Source: Gammaproteobacteria bacterium (GTDB lineage Bacteria > Pseudomonadota > Gammaproteobacteria > Steroidobacterales > UBA11654). From it: a DNA stretch of 64,000 nucleotides. Positions 51,333 through 59,795 of the stretch are shown here, in pieces. Within the stretch, counting starts at the first letter, position 1. Each line of letters begins with the position of its first letter. The notes below the pieces were generated by a model. That model saw nothing but the letters and a program-made list of their open reading frames with translations, ran no database searches and was not told the origin of the DNA. The position numbers and the translations under genes are program-made. Location: positions 12,695-76,694 of the forward strand of contig JAQWSZ010000035.1 in the NCBI GenBank assembly GCA_029242945.1. The letters are read 5' to 3'.

Positions 51333-52052
51333 TTAGTCAGTTGAATACGTTTCCAATGCGAATGTATTGAGAGCTTTATTTTCATGTGATTCAAGGAATT
51401 GCTTAAGAATAGTATTCTTTTCATGTAATTCACCTTCAGAAATCACTCCAGTTATAAATTCATAATGGACAAATAAAAGATATGTATTTAGTACATCAAT
51501 CGTACAATAATCTGATATTTCCTGGATATTTCCATTCAAGTATAAGTCCCAAACTTTTGCACCTGAAGATAATTTTTTTCCTGGATATTTTAAACCTTTA
51601 GAGATTCTATCTAGACTCGATATATTATTAATATTGTTATTAGAAAGAAGATTTTTTAAATCAATATGTTTACCGCTTAGAAAAGTATTTTTAGTTAAGT
51701 TTTTTAGACTTCTGCAATTTAAAACTGGTAAATCAAACATCAAACCATTCCAAGAAATCAAAATATCAGACTCTTTATGAATTTTAAACGTATCCAATAA
51801 GATAGATTTTTCATTATACGATTTATCTAGCTTGAGAGATTTAATATCTAGATTGCCCGAATCATTAGTTAATATTGATATTGCAATAATTTGATGTAAA
51901 TCATAGGGTAAAAATTCAATACCAGTTTTTTGCTGTTGCTGAAAAAACATAGATTTCCCTATGTCTTCATCATTCAATCCTTCTAAATTAAGAAATTTTT
52001 TTCCAAAATCTAGATCAGGTATGGTTTCTATATCGAATACTATCTGTTTCAC
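51333..52052 (-). CDS. DEDDy 3'-5' exonuclease related to the PolB exonuclease domain
   Basis: Exo I FDIETIPD, Exo II WNGLMFDLPVL, Exo III YCTIDVLNTY. Confidence 0.65.
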   Translation of the reverse strand: MKQIVFDIETIPDLDFGKKFLNLEGLNDEDIGKSMFFQQQQKTGIEFLPYDLHQIIAISILTNDSGNLDIKSLKLDKSYNEKSILLDTFKIHKESDILISWNGLMFDLPVLNCRSLKNLTKNTFLSGKHIDLKNLLSNNNINNISSLDRISKGLKYPGKKLSSGAKVWDLYLNGNIQEISDYCTIDVLNTYLLFVHYEFITGVISEGELHEKNTILKQFLESHENKALNTFALETYSTD

Positions 52053-52436
52053 TTAGTGTCCTTCTAAAATAACAAAAGCTATTGATAATGGTGGTTCATC
52101 ACTAAAACTAACGTGTGATTTATCAATGCCTTCGTTCTTGAAAAGTGTTTGCATTTTTTTTGATAAAATCAATTTAGGTTGTCCAGAATCCAATCTAATA
52201 AATCCAAAGTCTTTCCAGGTAATTCCTTCAGAAAAACCAGTACCAAAAGCTTTGGCTGCAGCCTCTTTTCCTGCAAAACGGTTGGCTATGAAATGTACCT
52301 GATTCTTTTCATGATTAAATAACTCCATTTCTTCCGGGTGCAAAATTTTTTTTGCCAATCCATCTCCATATTTTTCATGCATTTTATGAATACGATCTAT
52401 ATTGACTATGTCAACACCAATGCCATATACATTCAT
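52053..52436 (-). CDS. acpS: holo-ACP synthase
   Basis: GIGVDIV N-terminus, FAGKEAAAKA block; follows pdxJ. Confidence 0.85.
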   Translation of the reverse strand: MNVYGIGVDIVNIDRIHKMHEKYGDGLAKKILHPEEMELFNHEKNQVHFIANRFAGKEAAAKAFGTGFSEGITWKDFGFIRLDSGQPKLILSKKMQTLFKNEGIDKSHVSFSDEPPLSIAFVILEGH

Positions 52437-53173
52437 TTTCTAGCCTTAATCAATATAGTTTGCATAGTTTTTACAGCTTCAGCGATCCCAATATCTAGAG
52501 ATTTTGCAATAATTGAATGTCCGATATTCAGTTCTTGTATTTCTTCAATCTTTGCAATTGGAGCTGTATTCTCATAGTGCAATCCATGGCCAGCATTCAC
52601 TCTTAGGCCTATTTTTTTAGCGTGTGATGCACACTCTTTAATTCTATTCAATTCATACTGTTGATCAGCAGGATTCAGACTGTCCGCATATGTGCCCGTA
52701 TGTATCTCTACTGCATCAGCTCCTGCCAATTGACTCGACTCAATTTGTTTAGGGTCAGGATCAACAAAGAATGAAACTCGTATTCCTGATTTTTTCATAC
52801 GCTCTGTTGCTATAGATAAGACATCCATTTGATTAAAGACATCTAAACCACCCTCTGTAGTTAGTTCGTCCCTGCTTTCTGGTACTAAACAACAATCATA
52901 AGGTTTGAGCGCACAAGCCATAGAAATCATCTCTTCTGTTAAGGCCATTTCAAGGTTAACCCTTGATTGTGAAATATTTATCAATCTTTCCACATCATGA
53001 TCTTGAATATGTCTTCTATCTTCTCTTAGATGAATAGTGATGCTGTCTGCACCATTTTTTTCTGCTATTAATGCAATCTCAACTGGATCTGGATAGTTAG
53101 TGCCTCTAGCCTGTCTTATCGTAGCTACATGATCAACATTAACACCTAATAAAATATTTTCTTTTTTGTTCAT
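52433..53173 (-). CDS. pdxJ: pyridoxine 5'-phosphate synthase
   Basis: LGVNVDHVATIRQARG, HLREDRRHI, EIHTG and NIGHSII blocks. Confidence 0.95.
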   Translation of the reverse strand: MNKKENILLGVNVDHVATIRQARGTNYPDPVEIALIAEKNGADSITIHLREDRRHIQDHDVERLINISQSRVNLEMALTEEMISMACALKPYDCCLVPESRDELTTEGGLDVFNQMDVLSIATERMKKSGIRVSFFVDPDPKQIESSQLAGADAVEIHTGTYADSLNPADQQYELNRIKECASHAKKIGLRVNAGHGLHYENTAPIAKIEEIQELNIGHSIIAKSLDIGIAEAVKTMQTILIKARK

Positions 53174-53236
53174 AATTCGATAGAAATAATTAACTAATAA
53201 TATATATTAGCAATAACTGATAATATTAATAAGCAA

Positions 53237-53266
53237 TTGTATTTATACAATAATTTTGAATATATA
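53237..53266 (+). promoter_or_regulatory. candidate sigma-70 promoter ahead of the riboswitch-like leader
   Basis: TTGTAT (53237-53242), 18 nt, TATATA (53261-53266). This would place the transcription start just before 53276. Such matches are common in AT-rich DNA. Confidence 0.2.
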
Positions 53267-53269
53267 GAA

Positions 53270-53364
53270 GTTAATCGTTCATTCACTCTAAATGTAGCAG
53301 TGAACGGAAGTAGACAATAAAGTTGAAGGAACGCTCTTAACCACTCTAAATGTAGAGTTAGGAG
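53270..53364 (+). promoter_or_regulatory. candidate glutamine riboswitch (glnA RNA motif) aptamer plus anti-SD expression platform
   Basis: Aptamer core spans 53276-53333. P1 is CGUUC/GAACG. A hairpin follows: UUCACU, 11-nt loop, AGUGAA. Then CGGAAGUAG-AC-AAUAAA-GUU-GAAGGAACG, with AGUA opposite GAA (E-loop-like). CUCUUAAC (53334-53341) is complementary to GUUAGGAG (53357-53364, includes the SD). Confidence 0.6.
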
Positions 53365-53370
53365 ATGAAA

Positions 53371-54771
53371 ATGAATAATTCAAGAATATTTTTGAATTCA
53401 ATAAACCAGATTTTTGATAAATCTGCCAAACTTCTAGGTCTGCCTGAAGACTTAGCTAATAAAATAAAACTAGCAAACTCAACCTATACAGTGAATTTTG
53501 GTGTTCGATTGAGAAATAAGCTGCATACATTCACAGGATTTAGATCCATTCATTCAGAGCATAATGAACCTGTAAAAGGAGGTATGCGATACTCTCTTGA
53601 TTCAACACAAGATGAAGTTGAAGCATTAGCAGCACTGATGACATATAAATGTTCACTAATGGAACTGCCTTTTGGTGGCTCTAAAGGTGCATTAATTATT
53701 GACCCAAACGCTTGGAATAAAAAAGAATTAGAAAAAATAACAAGAAGATTCACATCTGAACTAGCAAAAAGAAATCTAATTCATCCTTCACAGAATGTAC
53801 CAGCACCTGATATGGGTACTGATGAAAATGTTATGGCATGGATTGCTGATGAATACAGAAGATTGAATCCAACTGAAATGGACTCTCTAGCATGCGTTAC
53901 AGGGAAACCTATATCCAAAGGAGGTGTTCATGGAAGAAAAGAAGCCACAGGCAGAGGTGTGTTTTATGCTATAAAACAATTTTTAAAATATGAAAAAGAT
54001 TGCAAAAAGATAGGTCTTTCTCCGATCCTAGATGACCAAAAAATTATTATTCAAGGTTTTGGTAATGTTGGCTATCATGCAGCAAAACTACTCGAAGAAA
54101 ATGGGGCAAAAATTATCACTATCATTGAGCATGACGGTTCAATATCGAATGATAATGGTATTAATATTGATAACTTAAAAGAATACTTTGATAAAAAAAG
54201 AAAATTTAAAGGTTATAAAAATTATACGACAACGAGGAATAGATTTTTAAGTAAAAAATGCGACATATTAATACCAGCTGCAGTTGAAAATGTTATCAAT
54301 AAAAATAATGCTGAGAATATAAAAGCGAAATTAATTGTTGAGGCAGGCAATGGACCAGTTACGTCAATAGCTGATGAAATTCTTATAAAAAAAGGAATTA
54401 CCGTCATTCCTGATTTTTATGCGAATTCTGGAGGAGTCATAGTCTCTTATTTTGAATGGGTCAAAAATTTATCAAAAATGAGATATGGCCTGATGAATCA
54501 AAGGGATCAAGAAAATCGGCAATCAATTATGGTAAATGCTTTAGAAACAATGATTGAAAAAAACTTTCCAATTGAACTAAAAGAAGAAATTATTAAAGGC
54601 TCCACAGAAATAGATCTAGTCAGATCAGGACTGGAAGAAACAATGTCTTCTGGTTATTACCAAATACATGAGAAATTCCATTCGGATAAAAGAATTGATA
54701 ATTTAAGAACAGCAGCAATGATGATTGCTATACAAAAAGTAGCTGATTCCTATGACTATCTTGGGATATAG
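53371..54771 (+). CDS. Glu/Leu/Phe/Val dehydrogenase family protein, probable glutamate dehydrogenase
   Basis: Catalytic-Lys block PFGGSKGAL and NAD(P) fold GFGNVG. Start is either the ATG at 53365 or the one at 53371; 53371 has better spacing from AGGAG at 53360-53364. Confidence 0.8.
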   Translation: MNNSRIFLNSINQIFDKSAKLLGLPEDLANKIKLANSTYTVNFGVRLRNKLHTFTGFRSIHSEHNEPVKGGMRYSLDSTQDEVEALAALMTYKCSLMELPFGGSKGALIIDPNAWNKKELEKITRRFTSELAKRNLIHPSQNVPAPDMGTDENVMAWIADEYRRLNPTEMDSLACVTGKPISKGGVHGRKEATGRGVFYAIKQFLKYEKDCKKIGLSPILDDQKIIIQGFGNVGYHAAKLLEENGAKIITIIEHDGSISNDNGINIDNLKEYFDKKRKFKGYKNYTTTRNRFLSKKCDILIPAAVENVINKNNAENIKAKLIVEAGNGPVTSIADEILIKKGITVIPDFYANSGGVIVSYFEWVKNLSKMRYGLMNQRDQENRQSIMVNALETMIEKNFPIELKEEIIKGSTEIDLVRSGLEETMSSGYYQIHEKFHSDKRIDNLRTAAMMIAIQKVADSYDYLGI

Positions 54772-54913
54772 TTTCATCGAAGAGTTTAATTGCTTTGAAT
54801 AAAGAAACAATTTAATATTGCTATAGGATCCATAACTTCTCCTTCATGAGCATAAATGAAGTTAAAGCTGACTTTAGATCAATATAATTAAAGATTGTAT
54901 CTAAAAGAGAATT

Positions 54914-56497
54914 ATGAACTATTTGAAAAGCTTTGCAACGGTCTATCCACTAGATGGAATTAATGAAGACAAACTAGGTAAATGTCAAAATCTTCTGGAT
55001 GGAAAATGGATCAATGAGACTAACTACTTTGATAATATCCTAGATCCAATAACTGGAAAAAATTTCTTAGACATACCAAAAACAGAAGATATTTCTGGAT
55101 ACATAAACAGTCTAGGCATCTGCCCGAAAAGTGGACTACATAACCCATTAAAAAATAATGACCGGTATATTATGCTTGGCAATGTTTGCAGCAAAGCAGC
55201 ACACATATTACACGATAAAGAGGTGGAAACTTTTTTTGCACTTTTAATACAAAGAGTAATGCCAAAAACATTAAATCAATGTCTTGGTGAAGTAAGAGTT
55301 ACGAGAACATTTTTAGAAAATTTTGCAGGTGACGGTGTTAGATTTCTAGGCCGTGGTTTTTCTAATCCTGGAGATTACACAGGGCAAGAATCGTCGGGTT
55401 ATCGATGGCCATTTGGATCGGTAGTAATTATTACTCCTTTTAATTTTCCTTTAGAAATTCCAGTACTGCAGTTCCTAGGTGCCTTGTTTATGGGAAATAG
55501 ACCACTTGTCAAACCCGATGAAAAAGTTGGTATTGTTTTTGAACAGTTTTTAAGATTATTAATTTTTTGTGGACTTCCAAGTCAAGACTCAAACTTAATT
55601 TACTGCGATGGATCAACAATGGGTACTTTAATAAAGCAAGCCAAAAAAAATATTCGTATGATTCAATTCACAGGATCATCAAAAGTAGCACATCAAATTA
55701 TTCAAGAAATGGATGGAAAAGTTAAGATTGAAGATGCTGGCTTTGACTGGAAGATTATCGGTCCAGATTATGATCCACAATGGAGTGATTATGTAGCTTG
55801 GCAATGTGATGAAGATGCTTATAATGCTTCAGGACAAAAGTGTTCAGCTCAAAGTATTCTATTCGTTCATGAAAATTGGCAAGAAGACCTACTTCCAAAA
55901 ATTAAAACACTAGCTGAAAGAAGAAAACTTGATAATCTCAGTATAGGACCAGTGCTTACTTGGAATAATAATCAACTCTTTAATCACATCAATCAATTAT
56001 TAACTATACCTGATGCTGTCTGTCTATTTGGCAATGAACCATTGGAAAACCATAATATACCAACAAATTATGGAGCGATAAAACCAACAGCAATACAAAT
56101 ACCTATAGAGCATTTAATGACAGAATATTTTGATTTAATCACCACTGAAGTTTTTGGACCAATTCAAGTTATTATTTCATACAATAACGATTCATTACCT
56201 ATTGTACTTAAAGGATTAGAAAATATTTCTCATAATTTATCAGCAGCTATTGTTAGCAATGATTTACTCTTTCAGCAAGAAATATTAGGAAGCACCATCA
56301 ATGGAACAACTTATGTAGGAATGAGAGCTAGAACAACAGGTGCCCCACAAAATCATTGGTTTGGTCCAGCTGGTGATCCAAGGGCTGCAGGTATCGGAAC
56401 GATTGAAGCAATTGTCAATACCTGGAGCGGACATAGAGAGATTATTAAAGATATTGGTCCCATTGATTCTGATTGGAATATACCGGAGATAAACTAA
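54914..56497 (+). CDS. aldehyde dehydrogenase, probable 1-pyrroline-5-carboxylate/glutamate-semialdehyde dehydrogenase
   Basis: ALDH blocks including KIEDAGFDWK and the catalytic-Cys block SGQKCSAQS. Function inferred from coupling to the aminotransferase gene (TAATG overlap). Confidence 0.7.
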   Translation: MNYLKSFATVYPLDGINEDKLGKCQNLLDGKWINETNYFDNILDPITGKNFLDIPKTEDISGYINSLGICPKSGLHNPLKNNDRYIMLGNVCSKAAHILHDKEVETFFALLIQRVMPKTLNQCLGEVRVTRTFLENFAGDGVRFLGRGFSNPGDYTGQESSGYRWPFGSVVIITPFNFPLEIPVLQFLGALFMGNRPLVKPDEKVGIVFEQFLRLLIFCGLPSQDSNLIYCDGSTMGTLIKQAKKNIRMIQFTGSSKVAHQIIQEMDGKVKIEDAGFDWKIIGPDYDPQWSDYVAWQCDEDAYNASGQKCSAQSILFVHENWQEDLLPKIKTLAERRKLDNLSIGPVLTWNNNQLFNHINQLLTIPDAVCLFGNEPLENHNIPTNYGAIKPTAIQIPIEHLMTEYFDLITTEVFGPIQVIISYNNDSLPIVLKGLENISHNLSAAIVSNDLLFQQEILGSTINGTTYVGMRARTTGAPQNHWFGPAGDPRAAGIGTIEAIVNTWSGHREIIKDIGPIDSDWNIPEIN

Positions 56498-57714
56498 TGA
56501 GCGCCTCTAAACAACAATACTTGATAGACAAAGAATTGAACTTTGGACCTGATAACTATAAACCCATACCAGTAGTTTTAACCAAAGCTAAAGGAGTTTG
56601 GGTTTGGGATGTAGATGGAAATAAATATTTAGATATGATGTCTGCTTATTCTGCTGTCAGTCATGGACATTCTCACCCTGAACTACTCAAAGTTTTGCAT
56701 GAACAATCCAGTCGCTTAGCACTAACATCAAGAGCTTTCTATACTGATACTCTAGGCTCTTACTTGGAAAAAATTACCTCACTGAGTAATTTTGATATGG
56801 CACTTCCAATGAATTCAGGTGCGGAAGCAGTTGAAACCGCTATCAAGGCAGCTAGAAGATGGGGCTATCGTTCAAAAAATATTGCATCTGATAAAGCTGA
56901 GATTATAGTTGCTGATGGTAATTTTCATGGAAGAACAACCACCATTATAAGTTTCTCTAGTTCACCAAATTCAAAAGACGATTTTGGTCCACTCACATCA
57001 GGATTTGTTTCTGTTCAATTTGGTTCGTCTAAAGCCATCAAAGAAGCTATAAATGAAAATACAGCAGCTGTCTTAATTGAACCTATACAAGGCGAAGGTG
57101 GAATTATTGTACCCCCTGAAAACTACCTCTCCGAAATCAGAGACATTTGCACAAATAATAACATTCTTATGATACTTGACGAAGTACAATCAGGACTTGG
57201 CAGAACAGGTAAAATGTTTGCATTTGAACATGCAAATATTCAACCTGATGGACTAATACTTGGGAAAGCTCTAGGTGGTGGTTTTATGCCTGTTTCATGC
57301 TTTTTATCTACCAATGAAGTTATGCAATGGCTCACACCAGGTTCCCATGGTTCAACTTTCGGAGGTAATCCACTTGCAGCTGCTATTGGTAAAAGAGCTC
57401 TTGAGCTCCTTGAAGAAGAAAATTTAATTGAAAATAGCAGAATACTTGGTGAGTATTTTAAAAATGAACTCATTAATATGAAAAGCAAAACAATATTAGA
57501 TGTTAGAGGTAAGGGCCTTTGGATTGGAGTCCAAATGAATCCCAATTTTATCTCTGGTAAGGAGTTATCTAATTTACTCCTTAAAAAAGGTATTTTAGCT
57601 AAAGAAACACATGAAACAGTTATTCGTTTTGCTCCCCCACTAGTGATCTCAAAACAAGAAATTGATTGGGCGCTTGATACTATAAAAGAGATTCTTCAAG
57701 ATACTTCATCCTAA
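56497..57714 (+). CDS. rocD: ornithine aminotransferase (class III PLP aminotransferase)
   Basis: YKPIPVVLTKAKGVWVWDVDGNKYLDMMSAYSAVSHGH, DEVQSGLGRTGK and GSHGSTFGGNPLA blocks. Start at the ATG overlapping the ALDH stop, GGAG 10 nt upstream (the track starts at a TTG at 56473). Confidence 0.85.
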   Translation: MSASKQQYLIDKELNFGPDNYKPIPVVLTKAKGVWVWDVDGNKYLDMMSAYSAVSHGHSHPELLKVLHEQSSRLALTSRAFYTDTLGSYLEKITSLSNFDMALPMNSGAEAVETAIKAARRWGYRSKNIASDKAEIIVADGNFHGRTTTIISFSSSPNSKDDFGPLTSGFVSVQFGSSKAIKEAINENTAAVLIEPIQGEGGIIVPPENYLSEIRDICTNNNILMILDEVQSGLGRTGKMFAFEHANIQPDGLILGKALGGGFMPVSCFLSTNEVMQWLTPGSHGSTFGGNPLAAAIGKRALELLEEENLIENSRILGEYFKNELINMKSKTILDVRGKGLWIGVQMNPNFISGKELSNLLLKKGILAKETHETVIRFAPPLVISKQEIDWALDTIKEILQDTSS

Positions 57715-57733
57715 TTTATACAGAGCTTAAATC

Positions 57734-58630
57734 ATGTCTTTGCAATCAACCAATCATGTACTTTTGATTAAACCTGCTGAATTCTATTGTAATGAACAAA
57801 CAATTGAAACTAATCACTATCAAGAAATTAATAGCGAAAAAACTAAAGATGAGATATTACAAGAAGCATTAATAGAATTTACAGAATTCGAAAACATATT
57901 AAAAAGAAATAAAATAAAAGTAACTACTCTAATAGGACAAATAGGTTGTCCTGATAATATTTTTCCAAATTGGGCAGTGAGCTACGATGATCATACTATT
58001 GATATATTCAGTATGCTTGGCATGAATCGAAGACTAGAAAAATCTGAAAAACATATATCTTTTCTAAACCAAACCTACAACACAAATATTAATTATAGCA
58101 GTCTTGAAGATAAATCAATTTATCTAGAAGGAACTAGCAGTTTAGTACTAGATCGTGTTAATAAACATGCTTATATGGGAATTTCATCAAGATCAAATCC
58201 TGAGCTTGCAAACCAATGGTGTCAAGCTAGAGGTTATAAACTCATATATTTTGATACTATAAGTCATACTGGAAAGTCTATCTATCATACTGATGTAATG
58301 ATGTATATAGGCACAAAACTTGCAGTAATTTGCTCAGAATGCATAGCAGATGATTCTCAAGCCCTAGTATTGGAAAGACTTAGATCCACACACGATATTT
58401 TAGAAATATCCAATGAACAATTAGTTAGTTTTTGTGGGAATTGCATTGAAGTTTATGATGAAAATAATGAATCACATTTAATTATGTCCACAACAGCTTA
58501 CAACGCTTATAACAAAGAACAGAAAACAGTTCTTCTAAAGTATTATAAAAGTATTATCCATTCTGATCTTGAATCTATTGAGAAATATGGTGGAGGCTCA
58601 GCTCGATGTATGATCATGGAATTATTCTAG
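57734..58630 (+). CDS. pentein (guanidine-group-modifying enzyme) superfamily hydrolase, arginine-deiminase-related clade
   Basis: 298 aa. C-terminal nucleophile motif GGGSARCM, internal HTDV block, and an N-terminal LLIKPAEFYCNEQT start typical of small amidinotransferase-fold proteins. Confidence 0.6.
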   Translation: MSLQSTNHVLLIKPAEFYCNEQTIETNHYQEINSEKTKDEILQEALIEFTEFENILKRNKIKVTTLIGQIGCPDNIFPNWAVSYDDHTIDIFSMLGMNRRLEKSEKHISFLNQTYNTNINYSSLEDKSIYLEGTSSLVLDRVNKHAYMGISSRSNPELANQWCQARGYKLIYFDTISHTGKSIYHTDVMMYIGTKLAVICSECIADDSQALVLERLRSTHDILEISNEQLVSFCGNCIEVYDENNESHLIMSTTAYNAYNKEQKTVLLKYYKSIIHSDLESIEKYGGGSARCMIMELF

Positions 58631-59785
58631 ACTTAAAACCCTTTCATATAAATCAGGGTCAGTATCACCTTCTGTTGAATAGAACAGAACGTTTGATCTT
58701 TCATTAAGATTAAGCTCTTTCTTAATATGATCATAATCATTATTGGTGCAAATGGCATGTAAAAAACCAATAGGCACTGCTCCACTTTCTCCAGACACTA
58801 TCTTTTGATCTCCTTTGATTGGATTACCACAAATCTTCATTCCTTTGAATGCCACATCATCACTACATATGGCAAAATAATCAGCTAATTCTTTTATAAT
58901 ATTCCAAGCTAGTAGACTCGGCATACCGCATGACAATCCTGCCATTATTGTATTAAGTTCCTTTATCAAATGAGCACTGCCATCTCCCACTTTAATAGAA
59001 TTATAGAAACAAGCAGCACCATGGGGTTCAAGAATAATTAATTTAGGTTTGGGTTTGGGTTTAGATTGATTTATGAAATTTATTAATATTGATGCTGCAA
59101 AGGAGCCAACACCAGCTTGGACAATAATATGCGTTGGCCAATTATTATATTGTTTAATAAATTCTGTAACCATAGTTGAGTAACCCAGCATAATATTCTG
59201 TGGTATATCCAAATAGCCATTCCATGATGAATCTTGCAGTAATATCCAATTCTTTTCAGATGCCTTATTTTTTGTATATTTGACTGTCTCATCATAATTA
59301 AATTCCGTTATTTCAGCTGAGGCATCATTGTCTAAAATAGCATCTAGCCTATTCTTAGAAGTGCCTTTAGGCATATATACAATTGCCTTACACCCAAATT
59401 GCTTTGCCGTCCATGCAACAGCTCTTCCATGGTTCCCATCCGTAGCTGTTGTAAATGTAAGATTATTAATTTGGCCTGAATACTTCTTAATACCCTCAAA
59501 AGTTACATCATTTACATCAAGTTTTAAATATTTAACAATTTCAAGTGCCATGGCATAACTTGCACCTAGAACTTTGAAAGCATTTAGATTTAATCGAAAA
59601 CTTTCATCCTTAACTAAGCATTGATTGATACCAATACTTTTGGAAAAGTTTTTAAGTTCCACCAAAGGTGTAGGTTTATAGTTAGGCAAACTTTGATGAA
59701 ATTTAAATGCTAATTCACTACTCCAATTTAAATTGAAGTTTTTATTCTTAAAGGGATTAGAAATACAATCGATTTGGTGATTCAA
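58622..59785 (-). CDS. diaminopropionate ammonia-lyase (DpaL/YgeX)-family PLP enzyme
   Basis: FHQSLPNYKPTPLVEL...VKDESFRLNLNAFKVLGASYA parallels the E. coli YgeX N-terminal region including the PLP lysine. TTG start 10 nt after the upstream stop. Confidence 0.7.
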   Translation of the reverse strand: MNHQIDCISNPFKNKNFNLNWSSELAFKFHQSLPNYKPTPLVELKNFSKSIGINQCLVKDESFRLNLNAFKVLGASYAMALEIVKYLKLDVNDVTFEGIKKYSGQINNLTFTTATDGNHGRAVAWTAKQFGCKAIVYMPKGTSKNRLDAILDNDASAEITEFNYDETVKYTKNKASEKNWILLQDSSWNGYLDIPQNIMLGYSTMVTEFIKQYNNWPTHIIVQAGVGSFAASILINFINQSKPKPKPKLIILEPHGAACFYNSIKVGDGSAHLIKELNTIMAGLSCGMPSLLAWNIIKELADYFAICSDDVAFKGMKICGNPIKGDQKIVSGESGAVPIGFLHAICTNNDYDHIKKELNLNERSNVLFYSTEGDTDPDLYERVLSLE

Positions 59786-59795
59786 AATAAATACT

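Noticed and set aside
54842-54861. Hairpin CTTCAT-GAGCATAA-ATGAAG after the gdh-family gene as an intrinsic terminator
   Set aside because: It has only a 6-bp AT-rich stem with no following U-tract. This is not enough to call a terminator, so co-transcription with the downstream genes remains open.
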